Assembly: GCA_965223415.1 (NCBI GenBank)
Contig: OZ245002.1
Span: 4,704,001 to 4,768,000, forward strand
DNA length: 64,000 bases
Reading direction: 5' to 3'
Origin: Myxococcota bacterium
Lineage (GTDB): Bacteria; Myxococcota_A; UBA9160; UBA6930
A program made the translations under genes and the position numbers. This document shows, one piece after another, positions 37,209 to 46,201 of this stretch. Every line of letters begins with the position of its first letter. The stretch's first letter is position 1. A model generated the notes under the pieces. The model saw only the letters and a program-made list of their open reading frames with translations, was not told the DNA's origin and did not search any database.

Positions 37209-39931
37209 GCGCCCACGGCGAGCCCAGCCTCGACCACTTCATCCCGCCCTACGCGTCGGGGGACGAGCGGGAGTCGCGGGAGACCGCGGCCGCCGCCCGG
37301 GGCTACCTGGCCGAGCTGCGCTCGTTCCTGGCCGAACGCCAGCGCATGGGCGACTCGGGACAGACCGTCAACATGCTCCACGCGGACGCGGTCGACCGGC
37401 TGCTCCGGCGGCTCTACGAGGTGGCCGAGTTCGCCTACTACGCGGACGAAGGAGAGCTCGACGCCCGGGTGAGCATCGCGGCCGTGGGCGGCTATGCCCG
37501 CCGTGAGATGGCGATCGGCTCCGACGTGGACCTGCTCTTCCTGCACGATGGCGCGGAGATCAGCCCCTATGCCGCTCGCATCGCCGAGTGGATCCAGTAC
37601 TGCCTGTGGGACGCAGGGCTCGAGGTGGGGGCCGCGCTGCGTAACCTGGACGAGACGATCGCCCTTGGCCACGAGGACCTGACCGCGAAGACCACGATCC
37701 TGGGGGCGCGCTTCCTCGCCGGCGATCCGACCCTCTTCCACCAGTTCACCACGGCGGTGCGGGACCGCCTGATCCCGGACGTCGGGGCGTTCCTGGCGGA
37801 GCTCCGGGAGGCCTGGCAGGCCCGCCACGCGAAGTTCGGCGATTCCCTCTACCTCCTCCAGCCCAACCTGAAGGAGGGCGCCGGCGGGCTCCGCGACTAC
37901 CACACCGCCTGGTGGGCAGTGCGCGCCAGTGAGCCTCTCTTCCAGGGGCTCGAAGACCTGCTCCACGTGGGGCTCCTCACCGAATCCGAGATGGCCGAGT
38001 ACCGGTCCGCGCTCCAGTTCCTGTGGCGCGTGCGCAACCAGCTGCACCTCACCACGAAGCGCAAGACCGACCAGATGAGCTTCGAGCTCCAGGAATCCCT
38101 CGCCGAGGCGCTGGGCTTCGGCTCCGGAGTGGGTCGCGACGGAGACCTGCCGGTCGAGCGCTTCATGCGCGAGTACTATCTGCACGCTCGGGCGGTGCAG
38201 AACTTCTCGGAGATCGTGGTCGAGCAGTGCCTGGCGCGCACCCGCGCCCACCGCGGCGCGCCGGAGACCCAGGCTGCCGAGGACGGCTTCCGCGTGGCGG
38301 TGGACCACCTGGAGATCCCCCACGCGTCCCAGCTGCGCGAGAACCCCGTGCGGCTCCTCACCGCCTTCGCGGTGGCCCAGGATCACGATGTCCCCCTCTC
38401 CCGCACGGCGCGCCGCTACATCCGCGAGCACCTGCACCTGATCGACGAGGACTTCCAGCGCTCGCCGGAGGCCGCCGAGGCCTTCCTGCGCATCCTCTCG
38501 TCGCGCCATCGCGTGATGCGCACGTTGATGATGATGAACGAGGTGGGGCTTCTGGGCCGTTACCTGCCGGAGTGGGACCACATCGTGTGCCGCTGGCAGC
38601 ACGTGATCTATCACACCTACACGGTGGACGTGCACTCGATCTTCCTGGTCGAGGAGCTGCGGCGGCTGTGGCGGGGAAAGTACGAGCAGGCGCTGCCGGA
38701 GCTGACCGAGCTGGTGCGCGGCGTGCCGGACCTGTCGGTGCTCTACCTGGGCTGCCTGCTCCACGACATCGGCAAGGGGCTGGGCGGGGACCACTCGGGC
38801 AAGGGGGCGGACCTGGCCCAGCGCTGCTGCGAGCGGCTCGGTCTCGCCGAGGAGCGCACGCGTCGGGTCGTGTTCATCGTCCGCTGGCACCTCTTGATGT
38901 CCCACGTGGCCCAGCGCCGCGACCTCGCCGACCCGAAGGTGATCGTCGACCTGGCCCAGACCTGCGGCGACCGGGAGAACCTCCACAACCTCTACCTGGC
39001 CACCTTCGCCGACATGCGGGCCTCGTCGGCCCAGGCCTGGACCGAGTGGCGCTACGGGCTCCTGAAGGAGCTCTTCGAGCGTACCTCCGAGTTCCTCGAG
39101 TCCGGCGGCGACGATCCGCGGCTGGCCCAGAGCCAGATCGACGCGCGGGTCGAGACGAGGCGTGAGCAGGCGGCCCGCGAGCTCGCCGGCCTCGGAGTCG
39201 CGGAGGCTCGCATCGCCGAGTTCTTCGAGATGATGCCGCGGCGCTACTTCGTCTCCCACACGCCGCGGCAGATCGCCCGCCACGCGCGGGTAGTGCTCTC
39301 CCTCGGGCCCGACGACGTCCACGCCAGCGCCGTGCGCACCATGCGAGGCGGCTTCAGCGAGTACATCCTCTGCACCCGGGACGTGCGCCGGCTCTACTCG
39401 GACGTGGCGGGCTCGCTCACGGCGGTCGGCATCAACATCCTGGGCTCGAACGTCTACACCTCGCGGACCGGCCTGGCGCTCGAGGTCTACCGCGTGTCGA
39501 CGCCGGAGGGCGGGGCCGAGGAGCAGCAGAGCCGATGGGACGAGCTGGAGCACGTCGTCGGCCAGGTGTTGACGGGGGATGCGCCGGTGGACGAGCTGAT
39601 CGCCCGCCGCAGTCGGCCAGTGGGCCGGACGCTGCCGCCTTCGCCGCGCCCGGGCCGGGTGAGCCTCCGCAATGATGTATCGGACTTCTACACCGTGGTC
39701 GACGTCAACGCGAACGATCGCCCGGGCCTGCTCTACGACCTGACGCGCACCCTGGCGGCCCACGACCTGGAGATCTTTTTGTCCAAGGCGACGACGGTCC
39801 TCGACCAGGTGGCCGACACCTTCTACGTGAAGGGCCCGAAGGCGAAGAAGCTCACGGACGAGGACGCCCTGGCGCGTCTGGCCGCCGACCTCGAACAGGT
39901 CGTCCTGGACGAGGACCCCGGTGGCCCTTGA
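37205..39931 (+). CDS. glnD: [Protein-PII] uridylyltransferase
   Basis: AVGGYARRE, SDVDLL, PNLKEGAGGLRD, HTYTVDVH, LLHDIGKG and ACT domains (DRPGLL). Confidence 0.95.
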   Translation: MSAHGEPSLDHFIPPYASGDERESRETAAAARGYLAELRSFLAERQRMGDSGQTVNMLHADAVDRLLRRLYEVAEFAYYADEGELDARVSIAAVGGYARREMAIGSDVDLLFLHDGAEISPYAARIAEWIQYCLWDAGLEVGAALRNLDETIALGHEDLTAKTTILGARFLAGDPTLFHQFTTAVRDRLIPDVGAFLAELREAWQARHAKFGDSLYLLQPNLKEGAGGLRDYHTAWWAVRASEPLFQGLEDLLHVGLLTESEMAEYRSALQFLWRVRNQLHLTTKRKTDQMSFELQESLAEALGFGSGVGRDGDLPVERFMREYYLHARAVQNFSEIVVEQCLARTRAHRGAPETQAAEDGFRVAVDHLEIPHASQLRENPVRLLTAFAVAQDHDVPLSRTARRYIREHLHLIDEDFQRSPEAAEAFLRILSSRHRVMRTLMMMNEVGLLGRYLPEWDHIVCRWQHVIYHTYTVDVHSIFLVEELRRLWRGKYEQALPELTELVRGVPDLSVLYLGCLLHDIGKGLGGDHSGKGADLAQRCCERLGLAEERTRRVVFIVRWHLLMSHVAQRRDLADPKVIVDLAQTCGDRENLHNLYLATFADMRASSAQAWTEWRYGLLKELFERTSEFLESGGDDPRLAQSQIDARVETRREQAARELAGLGVAEARIAEFFEMMPRRYFVSHTPRQIARHARVVLSLGPDDVHASAVRTMRGGFSEYILCTRDVRRLYSDVAGSLTAVGINILGSNVYTSRTGLALEVYRVSTPEGGAEEQQSRWDELEHVVGQVLTGDAPVDELIARRSRPVGRTLPPSPRPGRVSLRNDVSDFYTVVDVNANDRPGLLYDLTRTLAAHDLEIFLSKATTVLDQVADTFYVKGPKAKKLTDEDALARLAADLEQVVLDEDPGGP

Positions 39932-40862
39932 GCTCTCCACGGCGATCGACGGCTTCCTGCGTCACCTGGCCGTCGAGCGCGGGCTCAGCCCGCGGACCCT
40001 CGAGGCCTACGGGCGGGACCTCGCCCGCTTCGCAGACTACGCCGAGGGCCGCGGTGTCCGCGGTGTCGGCGGGATCGAGCGTGGCCACGTGAGCGGCTTC
40101 CAGGAGGCGCTCGAGGGCGAGGGCCTCGCGGTGCGAAGCCGGGCCCGGATGGGCGTTTCGGTGCGGCGCTTCGTGCGGCACCTGGTGGCGACGGGTCGTC
40201 TCGCCGAGGATCCGAGCGAGGGGGTGGGCACCCCGCGCCGCGGCCGGCCCCTGCCCAAGGTGCTGCGGCCCGACGAGACCGAAGCGCTGCTGGCGGCGGC
40301 CGGCGGCGACGCCCCCCTGGACCTGCGCGACCGGGCGATGCTCGAGGTGCTGTACGGCGCCGGGCTGCGGGTGAGCGAGCTCGTGGCGCTGCCCCTCGCC
40401 GCGGTGGACGCCCGGGCGGGCTGGCTGCGGGTGGTGGGCAAGGGACGCAAGGAGCGCATCGTGCCGCTCGGGGAGCCGGCCCTCGAGGCGATCGGCCGCT
40501 ACCTGGAAGAGGCGAGGCCGGCCCTCGTCGGCAAGGGGCGCCGGGACCCGGACGCGCTCTTCCTGAGCCGTCGCGGCGGCGCCATGACACGACAGAACTT
40601 CTTCCAGCGGCTGCGCGCACTCGCGCTGCGGGCTGGCGTGCCCACGGACCGGGTCTCCCCCCACGTGCTGCGTCATGCCTTCGCCACGGATCTGGTCGAG
40701 GGCGGCGCAGATCTCCGGGCCGTCCAGACGATGCTCGGCCACGCGGACCTCTCGACGACCCAGATCTACACCCACGTGAGCCGCGGCCGGCTCCGGGACG
40801 TGGTGGAGGAGCGCCACCCCCGCGGAGCGGGGAGGCCGCGAGCCCGGCGGCGAAAAGGGTGA
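39921..40862 (+). CDS. xerD: Tyrosine recombinase XerD
   Basis: RDRAMLEVLYGAGLRVSE, GKGRKER, HVLRHAFAT and LGHADLSTTQIYTH. Confidence 0.9.
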   Translation: MALELSTAIDGFLRHLAVERGLSPRTLEAYGRDLARFADYAEGRGVRGVGGIERGHVSGFQEALEGEGLAVRSRARMGVSVRRFVRHLVATGRLAEDPSEGVGTPRRGRPLPKVLRPDETEALLAAAGGDAPLDLRDRAMLEVLYGAGLRVSELVALPLAAVDARAGWLRVVGKGRKERIVPLGEPALEAIGRYLEEARPALVGKGRRDPDALFLSRRGGAMTRQNFFQRLRALALRAGVPTDRVSPHVLRHAFATDLVEGGADLRAVQTMLGHADLSTTQIYTHVSRGRLRDVVEERHPRGAGRPRARRRKG

Positions 40863-40890
40863 GCATCGATCACCTCCGGCGGGCCCGGCG

Positions 40891-42201
40891 ATGAAGCGGG
40901 TGGGCATCGATCAGCTCCGGCGGGCTCTGCCGGAGGCGGTGCGCGAGGCGACGCTCGCCGTGGCGGCCGCCGCCGACGGGCTGGGCGTGGGCATCCACCT
41001 GGTCGGCGGCCCGGTGCGCGACTTCCTGCTCGGGCGCCCGCTGCGCGACGTGGACCTCGTGGCCGAGCCGCGGGAGGGTGCCCGGGGCAAGGGCGACGCG
41101 GCCGCTGTGGTCGCCGCCGCCAAGCTCTCCGGGGCGCGGGTCGTGGCCCATGCGCGCTTCGGAACGGTCCGGATCGAGCAGGGCGGGGCGGTCCTCGACG
41201 TCGCGACCGTGCGCTCGGAGCGCTACGCGTCGCCCGGTGCCCTGCCCACCGTCGAGCCCGGAGGCCTCGACGACGACCTGCGCCGGCGGGACTTCACGGT
41301 GAACGGGCTCGCGGCGCCGCTGAACCCGACGGCGCGCCGCGGGCGATCGTCCCTGATCGATCCGGGGGAGGGGCTCGCCGATCTCGAGCGCGGCGTGCTG
41401 CGGGTGTTCCATCCGCGGAGCTTCCACGATGATCCCACCCGCGCGCTGCGTGCCGCGCGGCTCGCACCCCGGCTGGGCATGAGCCTGGCGCGGCCCAGCC
41501 GCAGCGCCCTGCGCTCGGCGTTGCGGGACGGCGCCTTCGGCGGCGTCTCGGGTGAGCGCTACCGGGCGGAGCTGGAGAAGCTCTTCGCGGATCCGGCCCA
41601 GGGGCTCGATCCCGCCAATGCCCTGGGGCTGCTCGACGAGTGGCACGTGCTCGCCGCCCTCGAGCCCGGCCTCCACCTCGGCCGCGAGGCGCGCACGCCC
41701 TTGCGGCGCCTGGGACGGGACCTGCGCGACCCGCCCGCCTCGCTGCGGGCCTGGCTCGCCGGGTTCATGGTCTGGCTCGGTCCGCTGCCGGCGCCGCTGC
41801 GCCGGCGGGTGCTGCGGCGCTTCGCCGTGCGCGGCCGCGCCGCCGAGCGCATCGTCGCTCACCCGCGGGAGGCGGCGGCCGCCCTGCGCCGTCTCGCGCG
41901 TCGGCGCGGGCGCGGCGCCACGGATGCGGTGCTGCGCGGGCTGGGTGCCGAGGAGCGCTGGGCGCTCGCCGCGGGCGCACCCCCGCCCCTTCGCCGCCGC
42001 ATCCTTCGCTGGGCGGAGGAGGATCGGGCCGTGCGGCTCCCGGTGACCGGTCGCGACCTGGTGGCCCTCGGCCTCGACGGCCCGGCCGTGGGCCGCGCCC
42101 TCGAGCGCATCCGCACCGGTGTGCTCGACAAGACCGTGCGCAGCCGCGACGAAGCCCTGGCCCTGGCCCGCGAGATGAGCGGGACAAAGGGACGTTCCTG
42201 A
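40891..42201 (+). CDS. tRNA nucleotidyltransferase (CCA/A-adding)/poly(A) polymerase family
   Basis: VGGPVRD, DVDL, DDLRRRDFTVN and DDPTRALR. Confidence 0.88.
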   Translation: MKRVGIDQLRRALPEAVREATLAVAAAADGLGVGIHLVGGPVRDFLLGRPLRDVDLVAEPREGARGKGDAAAVVAAAKLSGARVVAHARFGTVRIEQGGAVLDVATVRSERYASPGALPTVEPGGLDDDLRRRDFTVNGLAAPLNPTARRGRSSLIDPGEGLADLERGVLRVFHPRSFHDDPTRALRAARLAPRLGMSLARPSRSALRSALRDGAFGGVSGERYRAELEKLFADPAQGLDPANALGLLDEWHVLAALEPGLHLGREARTPLRRLGRDLRDPPASLRAWLAGFMVWLGPLPAPLRRRVLRRFAVRGRAAERIVAHPREAAAALRRLARRRGRGATDAVLRGLGAEERWALAAGAPPPLRRRILRWAEEDRAVRLPVTGRDLVALGLDGPAVGRALERIRTGVLDKTVRSRDEALALAREMSGTKGRS

Positions 42202-42245
42202 CGGTCTCACGAAACGTGAGACCATCAGGAACGTCCCTTTGTCCC
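42181..42245. repeat. 31-bp-arm palindrome (REP-like) overlapping the nucleotidyltransferase stop
   Basis: GGGACAAAGGGACGTTCCTGACGGTCTCACG-aaa-CGTGAGACCATCAGGAACGTCCCTTTGTCCC, one mismatch. Shares the GGGACGTTCCT core with the 9469 and 45615 copies. Confidence 0.85.
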
Positions 42246-42305
42246 ACCCCCGGCAATCGGTATGTTCCGGCCACCCCCCGCCCCCACGCCTCCGCGGAGC
42301 GCCTC

Positions 42306-43136
42306 ATGAGTTTCGGGACCGACGCCGTATCCGACGGCGGCCAGCCGCTTGGCTCGGCGTACGCGGTCAAGCTCGAGATCTTCGAGGGTCCCCTCGATCT
42401 CCTGCTGCACCTGATCCGGCTGAACGAGGTGGATGTCACCGACATCGCCATCGCCGACATCGCGGGCCAGTACGTCGAGTACCTCGCCCTGATGCAGGAG
42501 CTGAACCTCGACGTAGCCGGCGAGTACCTGCTGATGGCCGCCACCCTGGCCTGGATCAAGAGCCGGCTCATCCTCCCGCCCAACGAAGAGGACGAGGACG
42601 ACGACGGCCTCGACCCGCGCGCGGAGCTCGTGGCGCGGCTCCTCGAGTACCAGCGTTTCAAGGAGGTGGCCGAGCAGCTGGGGGAGCGCACCTTGCTCGA
42701 GCGCGACGTCTACGCCGCACGCCACCCGGAGCTGGAGGCTACGCCCGAGAGCGAGCGGGAGCTGGCGGTCGACCTGGTCAAGCTCGTGGAGGCGTTCCGG
42801 CGGGTCCTCGCGAGCGCCCGGCCCGAGAGCCACGCCCACGAGGTGGAGGCGGAGAGCGTCACGGTCCGCGAGTGCATGATCCGCGTGATGGACGTGCTCC
42901 GGGACGTGGAGCAGATCGAGTTCGAGGAGATCTTCGCCCGCGGCCCGGACGGCGGCCCGCCGTCGCGGCCCGTCCTCGTGACCACCTTCCTCGCCCTGCT
43001 CGAGCTGGTGCGGCTCGCGGCCGTGCGGGTCTACCAAGGGGTCGACGAGGCCTCCGTGCCCGAGGGACCGATCCACCTGCGACGCGCGGACGAGGGCGAT
43101 GACGCCTGGAGCGACCGCGTGTCGGAGATCATGTAG
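42306..43136 (+). CDS. scpA: Segregation/condensation protein A
   Basis: FEGPLDLLLHLI, EYLLMAATL and TFLALLEL. Confidence 0.93.
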   Translation: MSFGTDAVSDGGQPLGSAYAVKLEIFEGPLDLLLHLIRLNEVDVTDIAIADIAGQYVEYLALMQELNLDVAGEYLLMAATLAWIKSRLILPPNEEDEDDDGLDPRAELVARLLEYQRFKEVAEQLGERTLLERDVYAARHPELEATPESERELAVDLVKLVEAFRRVLASARPESHAHEVEAESVTVRECMIRVMDVLRDVEQIEFEEIFARGPDGGPPSRPVLVTTFLALLELVRLAAVRVYQGVDEASVPEGPIHLRRADEGDDAWSDRVSEIM

Positions 43137-43144
43137 GAGGCGCC

Positions 43145-43816
43145 ATGGACCGGCAGCAGCAGAAGCAGATCGTCGAGGCCTTGATCCTGGCGTCTCCAGA
43201 GCCGGTGACCGCCCAGCGATTGGCCCAGATCGTGCCCTACCTGAAGCCCGCCAAGGCCAAGGAGCTGGTGGCCGAGCTGGGCAAGGAGTACGAGGAGCAG
43301 GATCGCGCCTTCGAGGTGTGGGAGGTGGCCGGCGGCTACCAGATCCGCACGCGGGCCGAGTTCTCGGGCTACCTGCGCGAGCTCCAGGCGGAGCGTCCCC
43401 TGCGGCTCTCCCGGGCGGCCCTCGAGACCCTCTCGGTCATCGCCTACAAGCAGCCGGTCACCCGGGCCGAGGTGGAGCACGTGCGCGGGGTCGACGTGGG
43501 CGCCACGGTGCGAAGCCTGGTCGACCGCAAGCTGGTGCGCATCGCCGGCCACCGCGAGGTGCCCGGCCGGCCCATGCTCTACGCCACCACGAAGCGCTTC
43601 CTCGAGGTCTTCGGTCTCCCGAAGCTCGACGATCTCCCGACCCTTCGCGAGATCGAGGAGCTCCTCCCGGCGGACGAGGGCGCCGGATCCGAGGTGCTGC
43701 TCCCCGCCGACGAGGGCGCCGGATCCGCGGAGGAGAGCGCCGGGGCCGACGCGAGCCCGGCGCCCCCGCCGGAGGCAGAGCCCGCCGCGACCGAGGCGCC
43801 CGGCGAGCTGCACTGA
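43145..43816 (+). CDS. scpB: Segregation/condensation protein B
   Basis: LSRAALETLSVIAYKQPVTR, RGVD, PGRP and FLEVFGL. Confidence 0.94.
   Translation: MDRQQQKQIVEALILASPEPVTAQRLAQIVPYLKPAKAKELVAELGKEYEEQDRAFEVWEVAGGYQIRTRAEFSGYLRELQAERPLRLSRAALETLSVIAYKQPVTRAEVEHVRGVDVGATVRSLVDRKLVRIAGHREVPGRPMLYATTKRFLEVFGLPKLDDLPTLREIEELLPADEGAGSEVLLPADEGAGSAEESAGADASPAPPPEAEPAATEAPGELH
43661..43727 (+). repeat. 36-bp tandem duplication in the scpB tail (LLPADEGAGS x2)
   Basis: GACGAGGGCGCCGGATCCG repeated with period 36. Confidence 0.8.
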
Positions 43817-44610
43817 GCGAGGAGCGCCTCCAGAAGCTCCTGGCCGCCGCCGGCGTCGCTTCCCGGCGCGCCTCGGAGGCGTGGATTCGTGCGGGCCGGG
43901 TCACGGTGAACGGCAGGACGGCCGAGCTGGGCGCCCGCGCCGATCCGGCCCGCGACGAGATCCGCGTCGACGGCGAGCCCCTGCGCCTCGGCCGACGCGT
44001 CTACTGGCTCGTCCACAAGCCGCGGGGCGTGCTCACGACGACCTCCGATCCCTGGGCGCGGCGTCAGGGGAGGCAGACCGTGCTGGACCTCCTGCCGGAG
44101 CCGGCCCACGAGGCCCGGCCCCACCCGGTCGGGCGTCTCGACGCCGAGAGCGAGGGCCTGGTCCTGCTGACCACCGACGGCGAGCTCACCCAGGCCCTCT
44201 TGCATCCGTCCCTCGGTAGCGAGCGCGAGTACCGGGTGACGGTGCGGGGCCGGCTCGGGCCCGGAAGCGTGCAGCGCCTGCGCACGGGCCTGCGGCTCGA
44301 CGACGGGCCCACCCAGCCGTGGAAGGTCCGGGTGCGGGGCTTCGACGAGGACGCCGGCACGACGAAGCTGGACGTGGTGTTGCCCGAGGGCCGCAAGCAC
44401 CAGATCCGGCGCGCCTTCCTCGCCCTTGGCCATCCGGTGCGGCGGCTGGTGCGCACGCGCATGGGGCCGCTGCGCCTGGGCCGGCTGCCGCGGGGTGCAG
44501 CACGGGCGCTCTCGGCCGGGGAGGTCCGGAAGCTCCGGGAGCACGCCGCCCGCCTGCGGCGGCGTCGTGACCGTGGGCCCCGCTCAGCCGCGCGCAACAA
44601 GCGCGCATAG
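43813..44610 (+). CDS. rluB: rRNA pseudouridine synthase (RluB/RsuA family; apparent CTG start)
   Basis: ERLQKLLAAAGVASRR S4 domain, HKPRG, VGRLD and EGRKHQIRR; follows scpB. Confidence 0.85.
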   Translation: MSEERLQKLLAAAGVASRRASEAWIRAGRVTVNGRTAELGARADPARDEIRVDGEPLRLGRRVYWLVHKPRGVLTTTSDPWARRQGRQTVLDLLPEPAHEARPHPVGRLDAESEGLVLLTTDGELTQALLHPSLGSEREYRVTVRGRLGPGSVQRLRTGLRLDDGPTQPWKVRVRGFDEDAGTTKLDVVLPEGRKHQIRRAFLALGHPVRRLVRTRMGPLRLGRLPRGAARALSAGEVRKLREHAARLRRRRDRGPRSAARNKRA

Positions 44611-44675
44611 CGACCGCCGCACCTCCGGAAACCCGCAGCGCCCCGAAGTCATCTCTCGAAGTTCACCCCATCTCG

Positions 44676-44705
44676 TTGATTTCAAAGCGCTTTCTCTAGT
44701 AGAAT
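44676..44705 (+). promoter_or_regulatory. Possible sigma-70 promoter
   Basis: TTGATT-N18-TAGAAT in an AT-rich patch before the 44739 gene. Confidence 0.4.
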
Positions 44706-44738
44706 GGCCATCTCTTCTTGCCGGGGTGGATGCGGAAC

Positions 44739-45611
44739 ATGCGGACGAGGTGGCAGAAGCGGTGTCTCCGGGTGGGCGGCTTCGTGCTGGCCGGTGCCTT
44801 CGGGCTGGCTCCCGACGCGAGCCTCGCCGGGGCGATCACGGGCATCTGCCCGGACGGCAGCCTCTACGTCGTGCAGTCCGAGGCGAAGGTTCCGTGTCGC
44901 GCGTCCAAGCGCGTGCGCCCGGAGGACGTGCCGCCGGTGCGTCCCCAGTACCGCCCCACGCCCTACACCTGGGACGTGTGGAACGAGCGCAACGACCCGA
45001 ACAACCCCTACAACCTGATCGACTCCGCCCGCCAGGTGCGCGACTTCCAGGCTTCGCTTCCGGCCGTCGACACCGCGCCGGCGCCGGGCATGGCGCCGCA
45101 GGATCCGCAGGCGCCGCCGCCCCGCGACGTCGGTCCCCTCGACCTCGGGCTCTCGGACCAGGAGCTGCGCGATCTCTACCGGATCGTCGAGCTTTCCCAG
45201 GAGCACGCGCCGGCGCACATCGCGCGGCGCACCGCCGACGGCCGGGGCATCTTCGAGGTAGCCTTCGCCCACTCTCGGGCGTTCGAGGCCATGCTGCAGC
45301 GGGCCTGGAGCTCCCGCGGCGGCCTCGCCCAGGGCCCGGTGCTGCTGTTCACGGCGCGCTCCAAGCGGCCCGAGGCCTTTCACGCGAACTTCACCATGCT
45401 CCAGGGGCACCTGAGCTTCCAGCCCGACGCCCGGGATCCGGGACAGCTCGGCATCCTCCAGGGCCGGCTCGGCGATCTCGCCGCCGACGAGATCGTGATG
45501 GGCTATGTGGTCCTCCCGGAGGCCATGGACCTCAGCGGCGACCTCGACCTCTATTGGAACGACCGCCACGTCCGCGCCCGCCTCGGCCCCCGCCAGGCCG
45601 CCCAGCACTAG
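44739..45611 (+). CDS. Hypothetical exported protein
   Basis: Signal-peptide-like start, ITGICPDGS...C motif, typical codon usage. Start uncertain. Confidence 0.65.
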   Translation: MRTRWQKRCLRVGGFVLAGAFGLAPDASLAGAITGICPDGSLYVVQSEAKVPCRASKRVRPEDVPPVRPQYRPTPYTWDVWNERNDPNNPYNLIDSARQVRDFQASLPAVDTAPAPGMAPQDPQAPPPRDVGPLDLGLSDQELRDLYRIVELSQEHAPAHIARRTADGRGIFEVAFAHSRAFEAMLQRAWSSRGGLAQGPVLLFTARSKRPEAFHANFTMLQGHLSFQPDARDPGQLGILQGRLGDLAADEIVMGYVVLPEAMDLSGDLDLYWNDRHVRARLGPRQAAQH

Positions 45612-45614
45612 AAC

Positions 45615-45682
45615 GCAAGAGTGGGGACGTTCCTTGCAACTTGCGCATCTGCGCAAGTTGCAAGGAACGTCCCCACTCTTGC
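45615..45682. repeat. 33-bp-arm perfect palindrome, same family as 9469-9550
   Basis: GCAAGAGTGGGGACGTTCCTTGCAACTTGCGCA-tc-TGCGCAAGTTGCAAGGAACGTCCCCACTCTTGC, between convergent genes. Confidence 0.9.
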
Positions 45683-45691
45683 AGTCGCGGG

Positions 45692-46201
45692 TCAGCGGGG
45701 GAAGGTGACGAAGAGCTGGGTGTAGACGAAGCTCCCGTCCGGGGCCCGGGCGATGCCGATGCCAGTCGAGTTGAAGGGCCGCGCGACCAGGTTCTGGTGG
45801 TGCAGCGGGGAGCGGATCCAGCCGGTCAGGATCTCGTCGTTGGGGTGGCTCTTGTTGGTGCGCCCGACGTTCTCGCCGGCCATGGCGAAGCCTTCGACGC
45901 CGGCGGCACGCAGGCGCCCGACCCAGTCGAGGCCTTCGGGCGAGTGGTGGGAGAGGTAGCTGCGGCGGGCCATGTCCTCGGAGTGGGCGCGGGCCACCGC
46001 ATCGAGGGCCGGGTGGCGGTGCAGCTCGATCAGCCGGTGCTCACGGCGGAAGCTGTTCACCTCTCGCGCGAGCAGGCCCTCCATGCGGGCCAGGTCCGGG
46101 TCGGCGGCGTAGGCCCAGGGCGCCGTCAGCGGGACCAGCAGGACCAGGGAGGCCCACAGGCCGAAGGCGAAGTACGCCGCGTGCCACAGCGTGCGCGGCA
46201 C
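45692..46201 (-). CDS. CAP (SCP) domain protein
   Basis: ARAHSEDM, SHHSPEG, GENVG and GWIRSPLHHQN. Confidence 0.88.
   Translation of the reverse strand: MPRTLWHAAYFAFGLWASLVLLVPLTAPWAYAADPDLARMEGLLAREVNSFRREHRLIELHRHPALDAVARAHSEDMARRSYLSHHSPEGLDWVGRLRAAGVEGFAMAGENVGRTNKSHPNDEILTGWIRSPLHHQNLVARPFNSTGIGIARAPDGSFVYTQLFVTFPR

Noticed and set aside
39921..40862. Tyrosine recombinase as an island integrase
   Set aside because: XerD-like sequence in a housekeeping glnD-cca-scpAB context with no att sites or cargo.
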